64,000 nt of DNA from an uncultured virus (IMG/VR IMGVR_UViG_3300014914_000005) (taxonomy: Duplodnaviria > Heunggongvirae > Uroviricota > Caudoviricetes), in IMG/VR virus record IMGVR_UViG_3300014914_000005. One strand, given 5' to 3'. Positions 39,467 through 48,802 of this stretch are shown piece after piece. The translations under genes were made by a program, and so were the position numbers. Positions within the stretch are counted from its first letter, which is position 1. Each line of letters starts with the position of its first letter. Under the pieces are notes generated by a model. That model was not told where the DNA came from. It ran no database searches and worked only from the letters and a program-made list of their open reading frames with translations.

Positions 39467-39510
39467 ATCTAATACTAAAGTATTAGACGCATCTAATACT
39501 AAAGTATTAG
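39467..39510. repeat. two tandem 20-bp copies of a palindromic site
   Basis: ATCTAATACTAAAGTATTAG x2, 24-bp period. Confidence 0.8.
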
Positions 39511-39515
39511 TTTTG

Positions 39516-40135
39516 TTATGCGGCCTTTTTTTCTTTTTCCCGCCGTTCCTCGTCTAATGTCCAATGACAAGGTTTACAGCACCAAATAACATCGCCCCAA
39601 TCCTTTCGTTTGTAGCTTTTATGGTGGCCTTCTATATGCGAAGCTTTTTACCGCATACCTCACACCGGTCTGGTCTTACAAGTTCGCCCAAAGCAATAAG
39701 AATTCTAACATAACGGATAGCGCGATGCTTTTTCGGGAATTTTAGTAGCCAATTTTTTTGGCTCCTCAAGTATGACTCGGATTTATTTGATCGCCTCATT
39801 CTTGCTTTGCCTTTTTCGGTTGTTCTGAAACGTTTGGCGTTAGCTCTACCTTTTTCAGAGATTCTGTAACGTTTTTGAGCAGCCTTGCCTTGTTCAGATG
39901 CGAAGTAACGTTTTTTAGTAGCTTTTCTTGTTTCAGACGCGTCATAACGTTTTTGAGCAGCTTTACTGCTCTCCAACTTATTATAATATTTTAAAAAGCA
40001 TTGTTTACAGACATAATTGAAACCATAAGGCATACATTTATTATAAGAAAAATGCTCGTTTGTTAATGGTTTTATTTCTTGGCATTTTGAACATTGCCTT
40101 TGGTGCTTTGTGTTGTTTGGGTTTATTTTTGGCAT
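39516..40135 (-). pseudogene. HNH endonuclease; -1 frameshift within the nuclease domain
   Basis: CSKC..CKQC, SEKG repeats, RCEVCG; the -1 frame gives IEGHHKSY..VIWCCKPCH. Confidence 0.75.
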
Positions 40136-40153
40136 TTAATGTCTCCTAAAATA

Positions 40154-41116
40154 TCAATCGTTATTATGAACAACCATAGAGGCATTTAAACGTTCTTGCC
40201 TCTTTCTCTCTTGCTCCTCATAATAGATTTCCAAGTAAGGCGGAATATCGGATTCTGGTTCCGCCTTTGTTTGTTTTGGCCGGCGAATTATTGTCGGCTT
40301 TGACTGGTCATGAAATGGTTTGCATTTTTTAGCATGCTGAACTAGCGTAGATTCCCCATCACTATCCACTGTATAAACGTTATTAACAATCTTGTAACGT
40401 TTCAGGCGGTGTAATTCGCCGTCGGTTATATCAGTATAATACAAGTTAAATGATTTTAGAGTAAAGTGCTTGTAATCGTCTGTCGATAAACCACAGTCGT
40501 CAAAGGCCTTTGTCGCAATGGCTTCTGTGCTTGCGAAAATCCTAACACCCAACGTTTCCCGCAGATCATAAATAACTAATGGTCTCCAGAAATCCCGGGC
40601 GAAATATACACGGTTTGTTTCATATTCATAAATTACGGTGGCATATGTATCAAGCTTTTGCCATGACGAATAATGCTGTGGCCCGACCTCATTAAAATGC
40701 CACATTAAAGCCTCACTGTCCGTTTGGCCTTTCATGTTTTTTAAGGCCTTTTTGCTGGCAACTTTAAAAATTTGCCTGCAGGTTCCGTTATGCATGAGGA
40801 CAATTTTATTACCAATAAAAGGATGTGCATTTGTCGACGTAACTGCGCCAACACTTGCCGCTCTGTTATGTCCTAAAAACACATAACATTGTTCCTGGGT
40901 AATGGCTTCCATTATAAGGTCTTCACTAGATTCAAAGAATTCAGAAGCACTAACCGCCTCTTTTTCGGAAAACTCAAAGTTTTCGTTTCTGGCATAATAG
41001 CCAATCGAGTCAGTCCCGCGAACTTCTGTTCTTATTGCCAGCGCTTTAATCAGGTTATAAACCTGCTCGTGGCAACCTTCTTTTATTTTTCCAAAGTAAC
41101 CGTAAATCCCACACAT
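40154..41116 (-). CDS. class II (Ntn) glutamine amidotransferase
   Basis: MCGIYG, RGTDS, GHNRAAS, NAHPF, HNG, TDSE. Confidence 0.9.
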   Translation of the reverse strand: MCGIYGYFGKIKEGCHEQVYNLIKALAIRTEVRGTDSIGYYARNENFEFSEKEAVSASEFFESSEDLIMEAITQEQCYVFLGHNRAASVGAVTSTNAHPFIGNKIVLMHNGTCRQIFKVASKKALKNMKGQTDSEALMWHFNEVGPQHYSSWQKLDTYATVIYEYETNRVYFARDFWRPLVIYDLRETLGVRIFASTEAIATKAFDDCGLSTDDYKHFTLKSFNLYYTDITDGELHRLKRYKIVNNVYTVDSDGESTLVQHAKKCKPFHDQSKPTIIRRPKQTKAEPESDIPPYLEIYYEEQERKRQERLNASMVVHNND

Positions 41117-41118
41117 GG

Positions 41119-41418
41119 TTAAATCCTCCCTTTTAAGGCTTTCCAAATATCACTGCGAGTAAAACCGGCTTTACAAATAATGTAATCGATTACCTTGCCG
41201 GCGCGCCCTTCGTGACTGTTAATCCAATCATTGAATTGGCTGATGGTTTTTGTACTGGCAGCGGCATCAATTATTTTTAGCATTGTTTTTGAGTGAGTAT
41301 AAACTATGCCGCAGTGTATGCAATCAACTGGAAAATGGTTACTGGTTATTCTATTTCCGCATTTACATTTAAATTTTTGGGCTTGTCTATATAAAAACTT
41401 TTTATATTGTTTTGGCAT
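41119..41418 (-). CDS. Zn-ribbon protein
   Basis: CKCG and CIHCG. Confidence 0.55.
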   Translation of the reverse strand: MPKQYKKFLYRQAQKFKCKCGNRITSNHFPVDCIHCGIVYTHSKTMLKIIDAAASTKTISQFNDWINSHEGRAGKVIDYIICKAGFTRSDIWKALKGRI

Positions 41419-41498
41419 TTTTGGCCTCCTTTATTATTATACATTAAACGCTTGTGCCTGTATACAAACGTTTCAGCTTGTATACAGAGCATAAATGT

Positions 41499-42026
41499 TT
41501 AATGAAGGTTTCCGTCCATTGGTGACGGACCGCCGAATAAAGCGGTCATGATATCACGCTGGTTTGGCCTGTCGCCGACGTTTTCTTCCTTTACAAACAT
41601 GCCGCCGTCAAGACAAAGCTTTTCAAACTGAGTCGGATAAACCTTGCGAAAAAGGTTAATAGCAAAAACCTGCGCACCCATTTGGTCTTTGCCAATACAA
41701 TGCGCAAATTCGTGCAATAAAGTAATAATGCTGAGTTTGCCGAGCATTACAATTTTATGCCGGTCTGTTTCATTAAAGCGGCTATGTGGCCGCAGTATAT
41801 GGCTCGCTCCGCTGTTACCACCATCCAATGGGCCGGCGACTACTTCAGGCGCTGGTTCCAGCTCGTAAGCTTCAGCCAGACCAACGACAAGCTCTTGCAT
41901 TGCCTCAAGCCTTTGTTCCTGCGTTACATGAGGTTTATAAGTCCGTTTCTTGCGAAACGCCCAAAGTGCCTTGATCGCTTTTTTCTTAAACAGCATTTCC
42001 GGTCTTACAAAAGTATTTTCTTCCAT
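41499..42026 (-). CDS. HExxH zincin-like protein
   Basis: ITLLHEFAH. Confidence 0.6.
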   Translation of the reverse strand: MEENTFVRPEMLFKKKAIKALWAFRKKRTYKPHVTQEQRLEAMQELVVGLAEAYELEPAPEVVAGPLDGGNSGASHILRPHSRFNETDRHKIVMLGKLSIITLLHEFAHCIGKDQMGAQVFAINLFRKVYPTQFEKLCLDGGMFVKEENVGDRPNQRDIMTALFGGPSPMDGNLH

Positions 42027-42030
42027 GGTA

Positions 42031-42216
42031 TTAATTCTCCTTTGTTTCAATGATTGTTATGTTAGGAATATTTCTAATGGTTTGTTCTGCCAATGTCGTC
42101 CCGTACGAAAAGCCCGGGCAATTAAAAACGTTATACAATCTCAAAGCATTTGGTATCAGATTTCCGTTACTGTCGACTCCGTCCATCGCGCCAATGTATT
42201 CAGCTCTAGGTTGCAT
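42031..42216 (-). CDS. hypothetical protein
   Basis: GGAGG RBS. Confidence 0.5.
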   Translation of the reverse strand: MQPRAEYIGAMDGVDSNGNLIPNALRLYNVFNCPGFSYGTTLAEQTIRNIPNITIIETKEN

Positions 42217-42228
42217 CTCGCCCTCCTG

Positions 42229-42405
42229 TTATAATGTTCTGGCTTTTTCAAGCAGCCGGGCCGATACGTACTGGCAAGCCGCTTTCAATGTTTTGTCGTC
42301 CTCGAATAGGTCAAAGTCCTCAATTAATCCGGTGGCAATTTCCTCCACCACATTATCCAAGTCGCTTTTCAGTTCTTCAGAAACTGTCATTGTTAACTCG
42401 CTCAT
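42229..42405 (-). CDS. hypothetical protein
   Basis: ATGA overlap with the GGCT gene. Confidence 0.5.
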   Translation of the reverse strand: MSELTMTVSEELKSDLDNVVEEIATGLIEDFDLFEDDKTLKAACQYVSARLLEKARTL

Positions 42406-42827
42406 TCCCGTCCCTCCCATTTGCCTGATTGAATTATTTGGTCGTCGCCCAGGTTCCGCCATCCGTTATTCATAGTATAGACATGGGCCTCGACTGGTTC
42501 CTCGCCTTCGATATATACGGTTGTAATTTCACGTGAGTAAAAAGAGGTCTTTGGCTTATCAGGATTAAAGCCTTCAATCTGGTCCAAGCGCCTGAGTACC
42601 TCTCTAAATTGTTTGTAAGTATGAACCTCGCCATATACGCGCCGGCCCGGGATGTTCTTGGTTTTAATTGCCGGGTATGGGCCCAGACTATACATAACAG
42701 CGTTTTTGATATAGCCTTCTTTGCTGCTTGTTCGCAGATCGTCTAGTTGATACGCCAATGCATGCCCGACCTTTAATGTACCATATACAAAAACTTTGTC
42801 AATCATTTTGATTTCGCCTTGCCTCAT
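42402..42827 (-). CDS. gamma-glutamylcyclotransferase (AIG2/YtfP-like)
   Basis: VFVYGTLK, GPYPA, GEV, LDQIEG. Confidence 0.9.
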   Translation of the reverse strand: MRQGEIKMIDKVFVYGTLKVGHALAYQLDDLRTSSKEGYIKNAVMYSLGPYPAIKTKNIPGRRVYGEVHTYKQFREVLRRLDQIEGFNPDKPKTSFYSREITTVYIEGEEPVEAHVYTMNNGWRNLGDDQIIQSGKWEGRE

Positions 42828-43003
42828 TTTTAAAACCTCCTAATTAAGTTCGTCTTGAGGTACGCTCCCCAATTCGTCTAGTTTTGCAAAGTCTACAGAA
42901 CCGTCTTCACCTAATACGCCGAGCCTCATAGCTCGGTTTAAAAACTCATCTTGGCTCGGCATTTTGGCCATTACTTCCGGCCTTTCTGGCATTGTTTCCT
43001 GCG

Positions 43004-43270
43004 TCATGGTTTGTCCTCCTCGTCATTTATGATTACATGTATAAAAGCTTTTTTGCCTTTGGACTTGGCATTGTTGCCGAGTACCCGTTTCAGGTACTTT
43101 ACAAAGTTTTCGGCTTCGGCCTTTGTATTAAATTTAATGGCACAAGTGCCAGTTCCTTCATCCTGTCCGTCCAAAGTCGCATCAATAAGTTCGCGCAATG
43201 TTTTCGGCTTTGGGAAAAACCCGGACTCGTTTACGATTTGTAATAATTTAGGTAATGTTATTGTTATCAT
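43004..43270 (-). CDS. hypothetical protein
   Basis: GGAGG RBS. Confidence 0.5.
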   Translation of the reverse strand: MITITLPKLLQIVNESGFFPKPKTLRELIDATLDGQDEGTGTCAIKFNTKAEAENFVKYLKRVLGNNAKSKGKKAFIHVIINDEEDKP

Positions 43271-43271
43271 T

Positions 43272-43532
43272 TTAGTCCTCCAAGTATTTGGGTTTCCATT
43301 GCACTGCTTTTGTCGTCCATAAACCATTTTCTAATTGAACATTAAAAACCAGCATTAATGAGTTAGGCGTAAACATAAAGCCATCCATTAATCGTTCGCA
43401 TTTATCTGTCGGTTTGATGTCTTGGCCATATTGTTTTTTTGCTTCCTTAATTAACCTGTGTTTCTGGCTCGTTATTTGGTTTGAAAAGGCTGCTTTAAAT
43501 ACCGCTACTTTTTGTGAGTATATGTCTGGCAT
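43272..43532 (-). CDS. hypothetical protein
   Basis: GAGG RBS. Confidence 0.5.
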   Translation of the reverse strand: MPDIYSQKVAVFKAAFSNQITSQKHRLIKEAKKQYGQDIKPTDKCERLMDGFMFTPNSLMLVFNVQLENGLWTTKAVQWKPKYLED

Positions 43533-43572
43533 TTTGACCTCCTATGGGAGGCACAAGGCCTCCCATATTTTA

Positions 43573-44799
43573 TTAATTGTTAAGATGACCGAAATGCGCC
43601 TGTCTGGTACGCATCCAGCTGATTGCGTTGATAGTTAACTGGTCGACATTAGCAGGCGCGGTTTCGACCGCCTCTACTATAACCGTATCCTCGGCCACCA
43701 AGTCATCCCTTAAAGGAACGACGTAATAACGGCCACGCCTTGTAATCACGTTCCAGCCAAAGCCATATTTCAGGCTTGCCATGTCAGCGATCTTGGCGGT
43801 TACGCGAAACTCATAACTGGTAGAGTCCGCTGCGGTTTCAGCACCAAACTGTTCCCTCAATTTATCGGCGATTTCCTGTTTAGTATGACCGCCGGCAAGT
43901 ACCATGCGAGCAATAACACCAAGTTTGGAAGTTTCCCGAGGGAGCCTCTGTTTTTTAGCATCCGGGTGAATATGGTATTCGGAAGAAACATTGGCAGCTC
44001 TGCGGACGTTTTCTACTCTGGCACTGGTGCTATTGGAGCTGATCAGCTTGTCGCAAAAGTCATCAAAAGAATCGCTTGCCGGCATTTCCTGCATAAGTGC
44101 CTTGTTTACGAATTCCTGAGTCGCTATAATCCAATTCGCCATTTTGGTATATTCGTAAGTTGCAGAATGAAGCCTAATTTCAACCGCGCCACGGTACAAG
44201 TAACCTTCCATATTTAAGGTCGTGTAACGAGTACCGACTGAGTTATGCCACCAGTTCCGGATTTTGTTATCAATCTGCGTTTTATTAACGCGCCCGGTTT
44301 CGGTAACACTAAGTTTCTGAGGCGAACGGCCATAATGAATGCTGTTCCATGTTTTGCAATAACGATTATCACGGCGACTGCGCGGCGTTACTTGCATGAA
44401 ATACTTTTCATTGTCGATCCAAGCATTAACAAGGTGCCTTACATCTTCGCTGTTGCGGATATCGTGGTGAACATGCAAACCACAGGAGCGGTTAACATTA
44501 ACAGAACCGTCAATGGCATCACAAACCACCTTCAGAGCCTTAAGGCCTTCATCGCCTTGGAGCTTCGGGCTAACGATTTCACAAGCATGGCGAAATCTTG
44601 CCGTACTATTAATTGAGCTATCCGGCTTAATTCCCCAATGGGTCCGGTTATTGCCGCGACTGTGACCGTAACTATCGGTCGAACAATCATGCTCTATATT
44701 GTTATCACGAAAAGCCTGATTAATTTTGGTACTTAACTGATGACCGGCTACCCGGCTAATACATTCGATTTCGATACCGAAATATCTATTTTGGTCCAT
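43573..44799 (-). CDS. putative amidoligase (COOH-NH2 ligase type 2)
   Basis: FGIEIE, DSSI, EIVSP, SCGLHVH, VEIRLH. Confidence 0.85.
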   Translation of the reverse strand: MDQNRYFGIEIECISRVAGHQLSTKINQAFRDNNIEHDCSTDSYGHSRGNNRTHWGIKPDSSINSTARFRHACEIVSPKLQGDEGLKALKVVCDAIDGSVNVNRSCGLHVHHDIRNSEDVRHLVNAWIDNEKYFMQVTPRSRRDNRYCKTWNSIHYGRSPQKLSVTETGRVNKTQIDNKIRNWWHNSVGTRYTTLNMEGYLYRGAVEIRLHSATYEYTKMANWIIATQEFVNKALMQEMPASDSFDDFCDKLISSNSTSARVENVRRAANVSSEYHIHPDAKKQRLPRETSKLGVIARMVLAGGHTKQEIADKLREQFGAETAADSTSYEFRVTAKIADMASLKYGFGWNVITRRGRYYVVPLRDDLVAEDTVIVEAVETAPANVDQLTINAISWMRTRQAHFGHLNN

Positions 44800-45085
44800 T
44801 TATATGGCCTCCTATTTGATTATAGGTATTAAGTTTCAAAAACTGTTTAATGCTTATAAGGTAAAAGCTAAAAGTTAGCTCGTACCTTGCAAGCATTAAG
44901 CTTGCGTTTTTTCGGCTCGCTTGCTAAGGTCTCCCGGGTCACTATGCTTTGGTTCCCTGCCGCCGCTTCGTTTAAGTCCGGTTCCCTGATCCAAGCTTTT
45001 TATTCTGTCCGCAGCTTCTGGTTGTGATCCGTTCCGTCTCGCCGCTTCGTTTTGTTCTACCTGTCAATGAGCAATGTAACGTTCA
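44800..45085 (-). ncRNA. structured 5' leader with boxA-like element (putative antitermination RNA)
   Basis: TGCTCATTGACA, duplicated AAACGAAGCGGCG and CAGGGAACC, long hairpin at 44846-44899. Confidence 0.45.
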
Positions 45086-45091
45086 AACTTG

Positions 45092-45120
45092 ATTATATAC
45101 TATTGCAATCGGTATGCCAA
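45092..45120 (-). promoter_or_regulatory. putative early sigma70 promoter
   Basis: TTGGCA-N17-TATAAT with an upstream A/T tract. Confidence 0.7.
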
Positions 45121-45552
45121 ACTGTGAAAAAAACACAGAAAAAATCAAGTTTTTTCCTTAAGCATATTAACGACTTACACAATAGTTTTTCGATGATCAT
45201 GAGTATAACCTTTTTTATATGGGTTAAATACTGAAAATAACCCAAAAATTGCCATGAAAATCACGGTTCGTCATGATTCCTTAATAATCTTACACAGTTA
45301 CACGATTACAAAATCTGTCATTTTCACCCATGATTTGGTAAAAATAACCCATTTTGTGATTTTTAACTGGATGTTTTTGTGCATGTGCTTGTGCATTTTT
45401 GTGAACTTTTTTAGGATGCCTCGTAAGTAATATATATTATCGGCACAAACCGATCAAAAGTCAAGCATTATTTGAGCGATAACCACAAAAAAAGTACAAT
45501 ACCGATTCCCATACTCAAAATTGATAGCAATTCACGCAGTTCAATAGCCATT

Positions 45553-45819
45553 TTATATTTCCTTTATGCGGGACCGTTTAAGAAAACCCGGCAAGAATTG
45601 GACATCAACCAACAGCGGTCCTTTGCCATATAGCAGGCCTTTAATTCTGCCGGTAAAATACAGAAGCCGAACCGTTTGGGGAGTACAACCGGCATATTTC
45701 GCCGCGGCCGATACAGGCAACCACCTTCCGGCTGGCAAATAACCCAATTCGCCTTTGATTGGCTTTGGCTTGAGCTTGGCCGTCTTATAATCAATTTCAT
45801 GTAATTTGGTTTTGCGCAT
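45553..45819 (-). CDS. excisionase-like HTH protein
   Basis: WLPVSAAAKYAGCTPQTVRLL..GRIKG. Confidence 0.7.
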   Translation of the reverse strand: MRKTKLHEIDYKTAKLKPKPIKGELGYLPAGRWLPVSAAAKYAGCTPQTVRLLYFTGRIKGLLYGKGPLLVDVQFLPGFLKRSRIKEI

Positions 45820-45820
45820 C

Positions 45821-46132
45821 TTAGGCCTCCAATTCTGCTTTTGTTAGAAATCGCCATTTAACAATTCTACCTAAACTGTGCATAATATCGTAAGTAATAT
45901 GCTGGCGAATAACATTGGCCGGCGCGATAACACAATAACCGTTCATATTTGTAATCGCCTTGACCATACGTTCGCTTTTCGGAGGTAATTTTACTTTCGA
46001 AGCTTCTTCCTTGGTAAGGAAATTGTAGACTTCTTTTTCCGGTTTTACGATCGGCCTTCTTTTCAGTACCCGGCGCTTAATTACTCTTCGGGTTTTTGTA
46101 TCTCCAAATCTCTTTGCTCGTTTGTCAACCAT
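45821..46132 (-). CDS. basic hypothetical protein
   Basis: GGAGGAGG RBS. Confidence 0.55.
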   Translation of the reverse strand: MVDKRAKRFGDTKTRRVIKRRVLKRRPIVKPEKEVYNFLTKEEASKVKLPPKSERMVKAITNMNGYCVIAPANVIRQHITYDIMHSLGRIVKWRFLTKAELEA

Positions 46133-46329
46133 GTTTCCTCCTCCTCGACGCCCCATTGTTTTCTGTATTCATAGTCCCAAAGCTTTTTGAGCTTTTTATT
46201 TACTTCCTTGTCTATAATCAAACAGTCAACAGGAATGGAAATTAACTTTTCTGCATCGTCCGTTTCCATTTGTAACATGTCGATCATGCTTTGGAGTATG
46301 TCGATAATTTCGTTCTTCAAGTTGTGCAT
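46081..46329 (-). CDS. hypothetical protein
   Basis: GGAGGT RBS. Confidence 0.5.
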   Translation of the reverse strand: MHNLKNEIIDILQSMIDMLQMETDDAEKLISIPVDCLIIDKEVNKKLKKLWDYEYRKQWGVEEEETWLTNEQRDLEIQKPEE

Positions 46330-46645
46330 AAAACACCTCCGAATGCCCGTTTTTAACTTTCTTAACACCTTAAACGGCTTTGTTACAACTTTAATTGGGT
46401 TTCCTTAAAAAACTGTATCTCATTGGGCTTTTTGGCACTAGCCCAGTCCTCAAAATATTGTAATGGTCAGTTGTTTTCTTCTTTGTGTAAATAATTGGAA
46501 TATAAAACTAAAAATGATCCAAACCAGCCGAAGCCATAATATATTGGACTTTACAAAAAGTCAAGTAAAAAATTGCTTGACTAAGTCCTTGCTTTTTTTG
46601 TACATTTTGGACAATTATCTTTTAACCCGTTTCAAGTCAGAAGAT

Positions 46646-47287
46646 ATGCCAAAAAAACGTAAATTACCAAAAAGAAAATATACCAGAATGGAGGTTCCGT
46701 GCGCTGAGAAAGAACCATTGAATGAGCGCCAAGAATTACTATGTAACATATACACCTCAATGGAGGTACCAGACAAGTTTTCAGCCTATAAAAAAGCAGG
46801 TTACACCGGAGAGGGAGCAAGCGGAAAAGTAGCCTGTTATCAGATATACAATCGCCCTAATGTTGCTTACAGAATAGGACAGTTAAGAAGGGAACGAATG
46901 GAGCGATTGCGTATTAACGGAGATGAGGTAATAAGAAAACTTTTAGTGCTTGCATCATCAAATATCTTAGACTTTATGGAGTTTGATAACTTATCATTGG
47001 AACTCAAAGACTCAGACGACCTCACAAGAGAACAAGCTTATTGCATACAGGAAATATCAGAAGTAATCAACCGTAACGGAACACGTCAAGTAAAGTTTAA
47101 ATTAGTAGATAAGAAATCCTGTCTTGCATTACTCGCACAACACTTCGGCTTAACAGACCCAAGCAAATCAAAAGACGATAACGAATCTAACCCAAAGGAA
47201 CAGGCAGAAGCATTCAAGAATCATTTGGATACTATATTAGGCAGCGTTCCATTGAATCCGGAAGAAGAGGAAACGTCTAATGAGTAA
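46646..47287 (+). CDS. terS: terminase small subunit
   Basis: LNERQELLC..AYKKAGY, KLVDKKSCLALLAQHFG; precedes terL. Confidence 0.85.
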   Translation: MPKKRKLPKRKYTRMEVPCAEKEPLNERQELLCNIYTSMEVPDKFSAYKKAGYTGEGASGKVACYQIYNRPNVAYRIGQLRRERMERLRINGDEVIRKLLVLASSNILDFMEFDNLSLELKDSDDLTREQAYCIQEISEVINRNGTRQVKFKLVDKKSCLALLAQHFGLTDPSKSKDDNESNPKEQAEAFKNHLDTILGSVPLNPEEEETSNE

Positions 47288-48653
47288 CGTAATCGAAATA
47301 GCAGAAGCACAACGACAAAGCCGATTGTATAGATTATGTTATCATCCGGAACAAGCAAGATTGTGGAGTTCCCGTTCTCGTTTTAATGTTGTTCCTGCAG
47401 GCCGTAGATCAGGCAAGACGGAAATAGCAGGCAAACGTAAACTTGTATCCAGAGCCTTTCTAGGCACACCGTTTCCTACACCACGTTTTTTCGCAGCCGC
47501 ACCTACCCGGGATCAAGCAAAAAGAATCTATTGGGATGATCTAAAAATAATGGTTGGTGGCCATAACATGGAAAAACCACCAAGCGAAACAGCATTAACA
47601 ATATTCCTGCGTAACCAAGCTGAAATACATGTACTAGGAATGGATAAACCGGAACGTATAGAAGGTTCACCATGGGACGGCGGTATACTTGATGAAATCG
47701 GTAACATGAAAAAGAAAGCTTGGCCGGAGCATGTAAGACCTTCTTTATCAGACCGTAAAGGATGGTGCGATTTCATTGGAGTACCTGAAGGCAGGAATCA
47801 TTATTATGAATTGGATAAACATGCCCGGGAGGTATTTGCAAAAGCAACCAAGGAAAATAAGATACCTGAATGGAACGCCTTTTGGTGGCCATCGGCTGAT
47901 ATACTCCCACCAGAAGAGATTGAAGCAGCGCGACGTGATTTAGACGAACTTACATTTCAACAGGAATACGAAGCCAGTTTTATTCACTTTGCAGGACAGG
48001 CCTATTATCCATTCAAAGAAGAGTTACATTGTGCTCGGCTCCAATACAATAAAAAAGCGACACTGATATTTTGCTTTGACTTTAATGTCGCGCCCGGGAC
48101 CGCCAGTGTTATTCAACAGCAAAGTTTACCCGAACCCTCCAATCTATTTGGCTCCGGTGTAATTGGCGAAGTTTGGATAGAAAGAGGCTCTAATACAATC
48201 AAAGTCTGTAACCAGTTAATTAATGATTGGGGCCGTCACGAAGGCCTTATTATCTGTTATGGCGATTCAGCCGGTGGTGCTCAAGGTAGCGCAAAGGTAC
48301 AAGGCTCCGATTGGCAGTTAATTAAACAAGTCCTTGGAAATCATTTCGGTTTAAACAGAGTTCATTTTAAAGTACCCAAAGCAAACCCAAGAGAACGGGA
48401 CCGTGTAAATTCCGTGAATGCAAGGCTCATGTCTACTTCCGGTAAAATACGTTTAATGGTAGACCCAAGAAAAGCACCACATGTTGTAACGGATTTTGAG
48501 GGAGTACAGGTAACAGACGACGGATCAGGAAAACTTGAAAAGAAAGACGATTTGAAATTAACGCATTTAACCGATGGGATTGGATATTACATTTGGAAGG
48601 AATGGCCGCTTAAAAAACGGTATGTAAGGTCCGGCCAAAAGTATTGGAAATAA
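47280..48653 (+). CDS. terL: terminase large subunit
   Basis: AGRRSGKT, ILDE, FQQEYEASF, FDFN, HLTDG. Confidence 0.92.
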   Translation: MSNVIEIAEAQRQSRLYRLCYHPEQARLWSSRSRFNVVPAGRRSGKTEIAGKRKLVSRAFLGTPFPTPRFFAAAPTRDQAKRIYWDDLKIMVGGHNMEKPPSETALTIFLRNQAEIHVLGMDKPERIEGSPWDGGILDEIGNMKKKAWPEHVRPSLSDRKGWCDFIGVPEGRNHYYELDKHAREVFAKATKENKIPEWNAFWWPSADILPPEEIEAARRDLDELTFQQEYEASFIHFAGQAYYPFKEELHCARLQYNKKATLIFCFDFNVAPGTASVIQQQSLPEPSNLFGSGVIGEVWIERGSNTIKVCNQLINDWGRHEGLIICYGDSAGGAQGSAKVQGSDWQLIKQVLGNHFGLNRVHFKVPKANPRERDRVNSVNARLMSTSGKIRLMVDPRKAPHVVTDFEGVQVTDDGSGKLEKKDDLKLTHLTDGIGYYIWKEWPLKKRYVRSGQKYWK

Positions 48654-48660
48654 TAGGAGC

Positions 48661-48780
48661 ATCATGTAGGTTCAGGAAGCATCATGAAACGTCATGCAGG
48701 TTCAAAAAACATCAAGGAACATCATGAAGTATCAGGTTTTATCATGAAGCTTCAAAGAACATCATGAAACATCAAAAAAC
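48661..48780 (+). repeat. 12 x 10-bp degenerate tandem array (consensus ATCATGAAAC)
   Basis: TCA invariant at positions 2-4 of all 12 units. Confidence 0.85.
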
Positions 48781-48802
48781 TGGTAGGACGGTCAGGAGCA
48801 TT

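Noticed and set aside
39632..39634. TAG read-through or recoded genetic code
   Set aside because: The HNH continuation is in another frame, and TAG ends normal genes such as the MCP and GTs.
48661..48780. 10-bp arrays as a CRISPR array
   Set aside because: No repeat-spacer structure, units too short, and no cas genes.
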